This document shows positions 38,985 through 50,929 of a stretch of DNA of 64,000 nt, one piece after another. The notes beneath the pieces are model-generated. The model was not told the DNA's origin and searched no databases. It was given only the letters and a program-made list of their open reading frames with translations. The stretch lies in NCBI RefSeq assembly GCF_018350175.1, contig NC_058383.1, positions 15,688,001-15,752,000 of the forward strand, read 5' to 3'. Within the stretch, counting starts at the first letter, position 1. Each line of letters opens with the position of its first letter. The position numbers and the translations under genes were made by a program. This stretch comes from Felis catus. Lineage: Eukaryota.

Positions 38985-40393
38985 AAAAGTAAGATTATAA
39001 AACAATGCTATCTTACATTTTACAATAAGCAGGGAAGGAAGGGAAAACCATCAAAATAAGAATGGTATGTGTATGGTTGGTAACAGAGGCGAATTTTATT
39101 CTCTTATCTTTTTAATTTTGTAAGTTGTATAAGTTTACATTTTTATAATAAAATGTTTGTAGATATGAAATCATAAAAAAGGATAAAGATTATGTAAAAA
39201 GATCTGCCTGTATACATGATGCTTTATAAGAAGACAGATAGCTCTTCCTATATAGCTACTACAAACTAAAAAAGGAAAATGAAAGTATATAATACTTAAG
39301 AGAAAAAAAATCTGCATGGAAATTAACCTCATGAAATGTAAGTGTGTTTGTCAATTAAAGGTATCAAAAGAAGGACAGAATAAAGAGATGATTTAAGATT
39401 GTAGAGAGAGAAGGACACTGACACAAGCAAGAGAATACTTGAGAAAAGCAAGGAATTTTCGTCTTGAAATCAAACAGCCTATCAGTGAACTTACACTAAC
39501 ATAGCTGTGTTGTTGAAACTGCAGTCTCAGACAAGAATGCATGTAGAGTCAGAGGGTAGAATTGTGGTTGCCAGGGGCTGGAAGGAGAGGGAATGAGTAA
39601 TGACCATGTAGTTTCAGTTTGGGAAGATGAACTTCCAGAATGTTTCTCATCTGGGTGGTGGCGGCAAGTACACAAGCAACGTGGGTATACTTAATACCGC
39701 CGAACTATACACCTATAAATTGTCAAAATGGTAAATTTAACGTTATGTATATTTTACCACAATAAAAAAAAGAATACATCAAGGTCTGATTTGAAATAAA
39801 TTACACTTGGAAATGTATATACTCAGATTAGCTGAGTTTTCAGTTTGTCTGAAACAATATTTTATAAAGATGTTAGCATAATTTATTAAGAGAAAAAGCT
39901 GTAATTACACTTTAATACAACTTTCAATCGCAAGGTTGCTTATTACACCTCTGTAATAATTCTTCTGATGTAGCCAGTGTTCAGTTTTCAAGTATCAAGA
40001 AATCATGCCTCATTTAAACAAAGGTTTAAAAGTAAAGTAAGCTATTAGGTTCAAAGGGAAAAAAAATCCTAGAAGTGAGGACACTAATAATTCTGGTATT
40101 TCCAGCAAATTTGTGGTAATCGGCTATGAGAATAAATCTCCCCAACAATCAGCACCATTCCTAGAAACTGCACAAAAAAGATTAAAGAACTGTCCCCATA
40201 CTTCCTGGGAAGAGCCACAGTTACCCTTCAAATGCAGGAAGAGTTCTCATGATAAAGCATTCTACAAATAGAATTTCTCAAACTTAAAATAAATTTCTGA
40301 TCACAAAAAATAAGAAGCAAAATGAGAAAAAAATGCTCAGGACCCAAATTCCATATTCAGTTTTCTCAATTCATTTTAAAAACTCTCACTTAC

Positions 40394-40592
40394 CCTTCTA
40401 GTGTTTTCAAGAATTTTGGGATCAGGTTTTCCATAGTTAGGTGGATTGGCATATGGGTCATATCCAAGTTTGGCAAGCATGGGTGCAATCACTGCCATGT
40501 CTTGTAAAACATCTGGGGGTATCTTCCCAACCCATTTTGATAGTGCTCCTACATTGACTGGCTTGATGACTTGGTCTGTAGATCTCTCCACT
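40394..40592 (-). CDS. TPST1: Internal coding exon (199 bp) of tyrosylprotein sulfotransferase 1
   Basis: Translates (K)[66 protein letters not shown]. The [17 protein letters not shown] segment is TPST1-type, not TPST2-type. On the minus strand the acceptor is ...attgttttcag|A (AG at 40594-40593) and the donor is AGG|gtaagt (40393-40388). Phase 2 in, phase 0 out. Confidence 0.97.
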
Positions 40593-41164
40593 CTGAAAAC
40601 AATACAGTATGAATAAGTATTTATTTAGAATACCAAAAAATAATATTAAAAGACCAATGGAAATTCTTTTTGATAACTTTAACAATTATAAGTGTCTCAG
40701 TTATAAATCTATTGAGAAAGAAGACACTAATCGGGCTTGACACTATTTACCAGGCTTTTTTTTTTAATGTTCTAAGTTTGACAGTTATTATTGGCAACTT
40801 CATATTTCTAGAAACAGGAAAAACGGTCAGCTGAAAACATCTGTACAAATTACAACATCCAGAAAAAATAAAGCTAAGATTTCGTACGAAAACAGCCAAT
40901 CAACTTACTTGAAAGGCATCAAAATTAAACAAACAAACAAATAAATAAATAAGATGGATAGATGAATGACTAGAGGGATAAACAGATGGACAAAGAGATA
41001 TGTGATAAAGCAAATATAGCAATATATTAATTATAGTTAGTAGGTGTAATTCTTTCAATTCTTTGTATGTTTGAAATTTTTCATAATAAAATATTAGGAG
41101 GAAAATAGCCAGCATAATCCACTAAGAATGCAAAATGTTCATTTGTTCTATTTTTCCTTTTTTC

Positions 41165-41613
41165 CTTTTTTTAAAGTTTATTTTGAGAGAGAGAGAAAGA
41201 GAGCCAAGCAAGCGCAAGGGAGGGGCAGAGAAAGAGGGAGAGAAGGAGAATCCCAAGCAGGCTCCTGCAGTTAGCACAGAGCCTGACGCAGGGCTCGAAC
41301 TCAGGAAATCATGAGATCATGACCTGAGCTGAAATCAAGAGTCAGATGCTTAGGGGCGCCTGGGTGGCTCAGTCGGTTAAGCGTCCGACTTCAGCTCAGG
41401 TCATGATCTCGTGGTCCATGAGGTCAAGCCCCGCGTCGGGCTCTGGGCTGACAGCTCAGAGCCTGGAGCCTGTTTCAGATTCTGTGTCTCCCTCTCTCTG
41501 ACCCTCCCCCGTTCATGCTCTGTCTCTCTCTGTCTCAAAAATAAATAAACGTTAAAAAAAATTTAAAAAAAAAGAGTCAGATGCTTAATTGACTGAGCCA
41601 CCCAGGCGCACCC
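41165..41613. mobile_element. Minus-strand CAN-SINE split by a plus-strand CAN-SINE (41353-41571)
   Basis: 16-bp TSD AAGAGTCAGATGCTTA at 41337-41352 and 41572-41587. Confidence 0.93.
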
Positions 41614-43119
41614 CTGTTCTATTTTTCTGTTGACTTCCTGAAGAACACTTTTTTATAAGGAAGGAAAAGAAGTGCTGTTTATGATTTTCAGTATTTCAGA
41701 AAAAAATGTGTTCTATCTCTTGACCTAGAGATTTACTTTGTGCTTGTAGTGGTTATACTTACATATTTGACTAAATAACTCATACTCTTAGGATAAAATA
41801 AATAAATATAAATAAAATAAATATAAAATAACACCTAGATTTAAACTGGATCTGAATTAGCAGATTTTGGCCAAATGACTGCAAAACAAAAGTGCTTAAG
41901 AGAGTTTTATAATAACTAAGTCATTCAAATTAGTATTCTCATAAAAGGTAAAAACCCCTTTTTAACAGGTACATGTTTAACATGTACATGACCTCTCACT
42001 GCAGAGAGGTCTGCATCTGATGATGAATCCTTCAAAGGGGCTCTACTCCTAAACAACAGACAAGAGAAAATAAAATGATTATTCCTTGGGATTCTGTGAG
42101 ACCACTAGCTCCAGGTTCCCTTCCTGCTTCAATGATCACATTTCCTGCCCCTCTTAAAAATTTCTTCAGGACTCCACTTAACCCACTGCTCTTTCTACTC
42201 TATGCTTTTTCCCTGTATGGCTTGATATTTAATGATCTTTTCTTGACACCCTTGGGTTTTCTGGGCCAGGTCCAGTTTATAAATTTTGCCCCAGCTTCAA
42301 TATTAAGGGCACATCCTACTCACTCTCATAAATGTTCAAGTTTGTATGATAAATTCAAGTAATTTTAAGTAAATGATAAATATGGTCACCCTGCCCATAT
42401 ACCCCACACACACCTCATAACTAAGATGGTCTAAAACTGGACCCATCATCTTCTGCTCAAGATCTGATCCCTTTTATGTACATCTTATATTGATAAATGG
42501 CACCACCACCTATCCATAAGGCAAAGCCAGAGATCTCAGATGGGGCAGAGAGAAAGAAAGCAAGATCACTCCCAAGTTATCCAGTTCTACAGTCTTTATC
42601 TTTGAGTAAGACATCTCTCCTTCATTCCTACTGCCACTACCTCAGTTCTTATCACCATCACATCTCACCCAGATGATTACAAAACCTCCCAATCTCCCTG
42701 CACTTAAACAGTTGGCTTCCTTGCCCAACTATCATTCCACCAAAACATAAGGAGGGTCTATGTCTTGTTAATCTATCATTGGCACCTAGCACATTAACAA
42801 GTAATAGATGCTCAATTAACGTTTATTAAGTGAATGACTGAAAGCTTTTCATGGGGGGGGGGGGGAATGCCCCGTAAATTTAGTTTAGACAGACATGCTC
42901 AAGAAAAGTCAAGGATCATTTTTATAAGGAGATCAACTGACACAAGATGAACTAACCAGAAAACATAACAAGTGCTAAACTGCATGATATTTTCTGTGGG
43001 GGCATTAGCAATGTTAGAGAATGGGAGTCATGTCTGCAGAAACAAACATCTCCAGAAAAATAAGGCTTATAGTAAACAAAGAATAACATTTTCTATTCAT
43101 TCTATGTTCGGCTTTACAT

Positions 43120-43270
43120 GTGATATCTAATTATAGATCCCTAAAACAACCTTAAGAGAAAGATATCAGTCCCCATTTTTCAAATGTGTAAACTGAAATC
43201 CAGATAAGTGATTTATCCAGGGTCACACAGCCTGGAAAAAGTGGAGTTAGAATTTGAAGCTCTGGTTCCA
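43120..43270 (-). mobile_element. MIR SINE
   Basis: ccccatttttcaaatgtgtaaactgaa..agtgatttatccagggtcacacagc MIR core. Confidence 0.65.
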
Positions 43271-43439
43271 AAGCTCCAATTTTCCCCAGTTTCTCTTATT
43301 GATCTTCTTAATTTTTACATTCTGTGTTTCCCTGAAAACTTTACTCTTTTGTTCCTTACTGCATAGTGTGAGCAAGTTGGTTTGCCACAATGGTAAAAAT
43401 ACACAAATATACTATAAATATATTAGGAATACATACAAC

Positions 43440-43644
43440 GCTTTGCTGGTAATGTTTAACAACCTGATCTCCAGGGAGGGGAAAAGCCATGATTTGTTGC
43501 ATTTACTGAGGTCCATGGCATAAATACCATACCTTCCATGGCTGATTTCAAACTACCAACGTGCCTCACCAACTGCAGAGTCGAGAAGAGATGTGCAAAC
43601 TGGGCTCTTGACAGCCAGGGCAAGTCAGCTCTAGCAGACCACTG
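43440..43644. mobile_element. MER63-like hAT MITE
   Basis: tgctggtaatgtttaacaacc..catggctgatttcaaactaccaac..ctagcagaccactg. Confidence 0.6.
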
Positions 43645-45079
43645 GGTATCTACAGGGCCATAATCTCCTATCTCAAATTCTGAGATCTAAAAAAACTCTA
43701 AAAAGTAAACAGTTTCTTGCCTTCATCTGGCAGCAAAACATGACCTGAACTGATAGGAATCTATTTATAGTCATTATTCTAGTTGGCATAAACAACCAAA
43801 CTCTTTGATGAAGAAATACTAATGTGTATGATTACACAGTGCTGACACAGAATAAGCAGAGGGTATTTTATAATATTATGTACATCATACGACTTTTCTG
43901 AGGTCCAAATATTTCTGAGTTCTGAAACGTGTGTGTTAAGCTCTGGAGTCACACATAGGGTCTTGTATGTCATGACTGGGAAATTGACTTTATCTTGAAA
44001 ATGATAGGAATGAAAGAAGAGTTTTAATCATGGGACTGACATGATTAGGTTACTGCTAGAAGCATTCAATGCTGATAATTATGGGTAAGGCAGATTGAGG
44101 GACAGGGTAATCAAGGTCAGAAGAACTAGTAAAGATGTTTAACTATATATTGGAAAACTTGAGAAATTATTAATTCAGTAGAGCAAGTGATAGAAGTACA
44201 AGGAAAACTCGACAGATTAAAAAAAAACACTGATAAGATTTAGTGGCCAATTAGATATGGGGAAGAGGGGATGGAGTCTAGGTGAATTCAGATTAGATGT
44301 GAAGGGCAGAGTAGACAGTGTTATCACTCATTACAGTAGGTAGTATGGAGGAAAAGCATTACAATGCTGTTGCTTTGTTTTGTTTTAAGAGTATAGAACC
44401 CAGAAAAAGAGGTAAATTGATGGTAATCAGAAAGTTACCAGAAGCCTAAAGAAACACTAGCGTTCACTAAGAGACTGGAATGTGGTATATGCTCAATAAA
44501 CAATAGCTATTATTGTTTTTTCATCCAGATTATAGCACTGTTCATAAGAAACATGAAAGCCATTGTTTGTCATTATGATCAAAGTAATAAAGTACAACCA
44601 TCCCTTGTCTGAAAGTGATAGAGAACTCTAAAATGAAAGAATCTGGAAAGGTTTTTGTTATGTAACCACTGAGTCCAAAGATCCACTAGCAGCACATGCA
44701 GTTATTATGGACTGCTAAAGGGAAGAACTTGGGAAGGCCTACTGCCTATCAGTCAGGTGTTTCTCTAGTGTTTCAGTAGTAATGACATTTTTTATTTATT
44801 GATCATAAAATTCAAATTAAACATTTTCTGAATACCCACTATGTGTCAGGTCAAGTGGTGGATACCAAGGATGCAAAAATGACTGACTAGATCATGGCCC
44901 TCCTCTCAAGAAGCTCAGAGTCCAATAAGAGAGAAAAACAAATACGTATGATTAATATGCAGCATAATAGATGTAATGACAAAAGCTAAAAACTATGTAA
45001 GTGATTCCAGATAACACAACTAAGCCGTTCTTCTCCTAGGGTGGGACATGAATCAGGGCAAACTGCCAAGCTGCTAAGG

Positions 45080-45384
45080 CAAGGGTTAGCAATGTATGGG
45101 CCACAGGCCAAATTCAGTCCCACTGCCTGTTTTTGTCTAGCCTTCAAGCTAAGAATGGTTTTTACATATTTAAATGTTTTTTAAAAACTCAAAAGAATAT
45201 TTCTTAACACATGAAAATCATATGAAATTTCAATGTCATAGTTTTATTGGAATACAGCCATGCCCATTTGTTACACATTATGGCTGCTCTTCAATGGCAG
45301 GGTTGAGTAGTTGAGGTAAAGACCATCTTGTTCCCCAAACCTAACATATTTAGTATTTAGCTCTTCATAGAAAAAAAACTGTCG
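45080..45384. mobile_element. MER58B-like hAT MITE with a young SINE inserted at its end
   Basis: ggccacaggccaaattcagtcccactgcctgtttttgt..gttttattggaatacagccatgccc. Confidence 0.7.
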
Positions 45385-45630
45385 GGGCGCCTGGGTGGCG
45401 CAGTCGGTTAAGCGTCCGACTTCAGCCAGGTCACGATCTCGCGGTCCGTGAGTTCGAGCCCCGCGTCAGGCTCTGGCCTGATGGCTCGGAGCCTGGAGCC
45501 TGTTTCCGATTCTGTGTCTCCCTCTCTCTCTGCCCCTCCCCCATTCATGCTCTGTCTCTCTCTGTCCCAAAAATAAATAAAAACGTTGAAAAAAAATTTT
45601 TAAAAAAAAATAAAAAAGAAAAAAAAAAGA
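45385..45630 (+). mobile_element. Young felid CAN-SINE
   Basis: CpG-intact body, long A-tail. TSD aaaaaaactgtc. Confidence 0.95.
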
Positions 45631-46245
45631 AAAAAACTGTCAATTGTAATCTGAGACTGCATTTTAAGGGCACGTAGGGTCTGTGTGAGGGAGTCTCGGG
45701 TGCTGTCCTTCATCACAGAAGGACCCCATCAACTTTTACACACAGGAGAGACCTGGTACACTTATAAAGTGGAGAGCCAAGAATGTATTGAAGCTGCTTG
45801 GGTGGGGAAGGTGAGAGGAAGAAAAGAAATAAAAAATAGTGTTTACTTTGCACTTACCAGGTTCAAAAGAGTATTTGTTGAGCTACAGTATAAAAAAAAA
45901 TAAAATAATAGAATGAAATAGAAAATAAAATAAAAAACAAGAGGGTGGGTATGGTCCCAATCCTCCAGGAGGTCACTGCCTCATGAGCCACACAAACTTT
46001 CTACAATTAAACTTTTAGAGTTGCTTCTTAGTTCCAAATCAGCTCTTCAGGCTCACCTTTCCTCTCTTCCCAGGGGCTCTAGCTGTTTCGTTTGCCTTTT
46101 TCTATGAGGCAGCAAGGTGCAGTGGGAGAACGCTGACCTGGAAGTTGGGCCTGTGTGATCTAGCTTTGTGATCTAAGAAAACTGATCCTCAGAGACTGAG
46201 GATAATAGCCACTAACACTCAGTTTTACAATACATTCTTCAAAAG

Positions 46246-46450
46246 CAGAGATTGGCAAACTGTGGCCCAAATTTGCTCTGCTGCCTATTTTGTAAATAAA
46301 GTTCTACTGGAACACAGCCACATCCACAAGTTTCTGTACAGTCTATGGCTGTTTTTGCTCTACGTCAGAGCTGAATATTACAACAGAAACTGTATGGCCT
46401 GTCAAGTCAAAAATACTTGGTCCTTTACAGAAAAAGTTTGTTGATCTCTG
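46246..46450. mobile_element. MER58A-like hAT MITE
   Basis: cagagattggcaaact..agtttgttgatctctg inverted termini. Confidence 0.72.
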
Positions 46451-48450
46451 TTCAAAAGGATACCGTTATTAGAGAGAAATGAGCTTCGTTCAGAAAGCCT
46501 GATTTTCTTTCCTAGAGAACAACAACCTGCAGGCTGCATGCAGTTCATCAAATTCCCTTCACTCCTTCAGTCTTTCTAGAAATTAACCACCACTTACGCC
46601 TAATTGTACTAGGATATAAATTAGTTACCATACCACTAGTCTCACTGGGACCTTAACACATAGTGCCTGCTAGACTGGGATTTCTCAACACCCACAGCCT
46701 GGGAACAGCGCTGCAAGGCCAGATATCTATGAATCACCAGATTCTCCCCCAGTCCTAGGCATCGAGGCTCACTTCCCTCCGCAGTGTTCATAGTAGAAGG
46801 CACCTGCCCTCGGGGACAACGCCAAAATCTTGAAATGACTGAGGTGAATATAATCTTCCAAAACACTCATTTTAAAAGCACGGATCTTTCTTGAACCAGG
46901 CAGGCTGCCAAACCACAGGTATGAATTATGATACACAGCAACTACTACAGGAAACCAAATTCTCTGGACTAAAGGAAGCATCAGGGCTAGAATGGACAGG
47001 CAAAAACGAATGGGTAAGAGTATATAATCCATATGGTTAGACTTATTAGACTAAAACAAAAGATGAAATACCATTAAAAGTCATGTTTTCAAAGACCATT
47101 TCACTCTTAGCAAGTGCTTAGGTTATGTCTTGTGAAAGTGGATTTAGGGGACCTGGGTGGCTCAGTCAATTAATAGATGACTCTTGATCTCGGCTCAGGT
47201 CATGATCCATGGTCTGTGAGACTGAGTCCCATGTTGGGCTCTGCGCTGACAGTGAAGACTCTGCTTGGGATTCTCTCTCTCCCTCTCTCCCCTTCTCCTG
47301 TTTTCTCTCTCAAAATAAATAAACCTTAAAAAACTGTGTACACAACAGAAATGCAATTTTGTGATGTGTTATATATTCTCACAGAATCATATCAAAATGC
47401 TCACAATGACCGTGATGTGATTGTGATTTTTATATTCTTATCTAACTTTTCTGTATTCTCCAATTTTCTATAATAAGCAATGTCTTTCTTTCTCAGTCCA
47501 TGGAATAGTGGGATTGCAAAGATCCATGCAGAAGTCTAATAACTATCTCAAGCTCAACACAGGTCAAACTTAACTCCTGATTTTATCCCCAAATACTATA
47601 CCCATGGCCCTCCCAATTGTATCTGAAAACCACTCCATTCTTCTGGCTGTGCAGAATAAAATAAAACTGGAACTATCTTGGGGCGCCTGGGTGGTTCAGT
47701 CGGTTGAGCGTCCGACTTCAGCTTAGGTCATGATCTCGCAGTTCGTGAGTTTGAGCCCCGCGTCGGGCTCTGTGCTGACAGCTCAGAGCCTGGAGCCTGC
47801 TTTGGATTCTGTGTCCCCCTCTCTCTCTGCCCCACCTCTGTCTCTCTCTGTCTTTCAAAAATGAAAAAACAGAAAAAGAATTTAATAAAAAAAACCTGGA
47901 ACTGTCTTTTGACTACCCTCTTTCTCTCAAACTCCACATCTAATCCATCTGAAAATCTTATCAATTTATACTTCAAAAATGTATCCAAATATGGTCATTT
48001 CTCATCAACTCCACAGCTACTCCCCTGGTCCAAGCCAACATTATCTCTTGCCTGGATTTCTATAATATTCTAATAGCTACCCTGCTTCTTCCTTCACATC
48101 CTGTGGTCTATCTACATTACATATACCAGAGAGAGTTAGATTGTGTCACTCCTCTGTTCAAAATCCTGCAGTGCCTCCCCAGGTATTCTAAGTCCAAGAC
48201 CTGAAAATGAGAGGGAATCTGAGAAACCACAAGAATAGGTTTTTAAAACTTGTCAAATCATCCACGAAAACCAAGAAACCAGATAGCAAAGCCAAAAAAC
48301 CATGAAAAACATTTAAAATAAAATTAGGTGACAAAGTTGCCCTACAGACCCCAAAATACAAGTGGTTGGAAACAATAACATAACGGTAATACCTACATGA
48401 AATGAGTGGGAGGAAGGAGAAGGTAGCAACAGGGCATCGAAAAGACATTT

Positions 48451-49698
48451 ACAAGACTGACCCTTGAAGAACATGGCATTTAGGGTTGCTGATGTCCACG
48501 CACTTGAAAATCCTTGTATAATTCTTTACTTTTGTTAAGTAATTTCTATGCCCAATGTGGAACTTGAACTCATAATTCCTGAGATAAAGAGTTACATGCT
48601 CTACCAACTGAGCCAGCCAGGCATCCCTCTTGTATAACTTTGGCGTTCCCCAAAACTGAACTACTAATAGTGTGTTGACAGGAAGAGTTACTGATAACAC
48701 AAAAAGTCAATTAACACATATTTTGTACATTATATATAGTTTATACTGTAAAGTGATACAATAAGGTAGGCTAGAGAAAACAATGTTATTTAAAAAAATT
48801 TTTTTTAATGTTTATTTATTTTTGACAGGAAGAGACAGAGTGTGAACAGTGGAGGGGCAGAGAGAGAGAGAGGGAGATGCAGAATCAGAAGCTGGCTCTA
48901 GGCCCCAAGCTGTCAGCACAGAGCCAGACACCAGGCTTGAACTCATAAACTGCGAGATCACGACCTGAGCTGAAGTCAGATGCTTAACCGACTGAACCTT
49001 CCAGGCACCCCTAGAAAACAATGTTATTTTAATAATCACAAGGAAGAAAAAATGCACTATTTATGATACTGTAAGTCTATTCATCTATGAATTGTCTATC
49101 AATACCTACATCAATATCATTGTACATGATATAAAACACTGTAGATATTATACATATTTCTAACATTAGCCATCAAAAAATGAAAATATGTACAGTCTCT
49201 AAGTCTGTGGGCATAATTTTTGGTAAAACTTAACTTTTTTTTATGTTTATTCATTTTTGAAAGAGAGAGACAGAGCACAAGCAGGGGTGGGGCAGACAGA
49301 GAGGGGGGACACAGAATCTGAAGAAGGCTCCAGGCTCCGAGCTGTCAGCACAGAGCCTGACGTGGGGCTCGAACTCACGAATCATGAGATCATGACCTGA
49401 GCCGAAGTCGGATGCTCAACCGACTGAGCCACTCAGGCACCCCAAAACTTAACTTTTTATAATAGATTTGTATATATTTTATGATAGTAAATGATAAAAG
49501 ACTAGTACCTATATATCTTATGCACATGACATACCTTACTTTTTATTTTTTTTTTCAATATCTCCAGGCCACATGGTTTGTCTGAGAATTTTTTCAAGTT
49601 GTCACAAATCTCCCAAAATTTTCCCAATATATCATTGAAGAAGTCCATATATTAGTGGATCTGCACATTTCAAACCCATGTTACTCAAAGATCAACTG
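48451..49698. mobile_element. Tigger2-family (TcMar) deletion derivative with three SINE insertions
   Basis: Left end tgacccttgaagaacatgg matches the reverse complement of the right end ccatgttactcaaagatcaactg. Flanked by TA. Confidence 0.7.
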
Positions 49699-50929
49699 TA
49701 CTTTGAAAATTACACCAGATCTATTTTAGAATATAGTTGAAACTGGAGGGGTGTCACCCAAATCTAAAGATGAGTACAAAGGTTAAGTTCTGAAAGGAGT
49801 CAGAGAAGGCTGGGAAACATGAACTCTTGAAACCAACCAGCCAAGGAGCCATAGCTCCTTTCCAGGACAGGGCACCGCACTAAACAGAAAGTTCTAAGAG
49901 TAGAGTCAGAATAGGGTCAGAGACAAAGGAATGAGAAGATTGAGAATATGATTGAGAATAGGGCAGAGAGCCAGGAAATATCAAAAAGTAAACCACCACA
50001 TTATTTAAAATATTCCAAAGAAAACAGAAAGAGATCTGTGAAATATATAAACATATCTTGAACTATTACTCCTTGAAAATTTCAAGAAAACTATTTTCAT
50101 GTACAAATGGACAAAAAAAGTTAAGATCAAATTTCATACAAAGTTCTTATAAGAAAAAACAGAATGTGGGGCGCCTGGGTGGCTCAGTCGGTTGAACATC
50201 CGACTTCAGCTCAGGTCATGATCTTGCGGTCCGTCCGTGAGTTCGAGCCCCGCGTCGGGCTCTGGGCTGATGGCTCAGAGCCTGGAGCCTGCTTCCGATT
50301 CTGTGTCTCCCTCTCTTTCAGCCCCTCCCCCATTCATGCTCTGTCTCTCTCTGTCTCAAAAATAAATAAACGTTAAAAAAAAATTAAAAAAAAAAAAAAA
50401 AAGAAAAAACAGAATAACATCCCTATGGATATGAAAAACAACCAAAAAAACCAGCTCAAAAACATACTAGAATTATAACTTACCATTTCATTTTTTTAAT
50501 TTTTTATTTTTGAGAGAGAGAGCACAAGTGGGGAAGGAGCAGAGAGAGGGAGAGAGAGGATCCAAAGTGGGCTATGTGCTGACAGCAGAGAGACTGATAT
50601 GAGGCTCGAACTCACAAACTGTGAGATCATGACCTGAGCAGAAGTTGAATGCTCAATTACTGAGACACCCAGGTGCTCCTATAACTTAGTATTTTAAAAC
50701 AAGCTAAAAGACATTAAGACAATGATACAAGACATGGAATAACAACATAAATCATAATTATAATAATTCAGAAATGAAGTGCTAGAACTCAGGAAAAAAT
50801 CAGAAATGAAAAAAATCATTTCATAAATGAAGACTAAGCTTGAAGGAAGGCAAGAGTTATTAACTCAATACAACAGATACCCTTAAAAGAAGTTAAAAGT
50901 GAAATAGAATAATGCCTTAAAAGAGTTCA

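Noticed and set aside
1..40393. Next TPST1 exon (VYKGEFQLPDFLKEKPQ in the human protein as I recall it)
   Set aside because: Not found by eye on the minus strand, so it presumably lies outside the window. A spliced alignment would confirm this.
40376..40591. ORF-track start and stop for the TPST1 segment
   Set aside because: The GTG 'start' and the VSESF* end come from reading across splice sites. The exon is 40394-40592.
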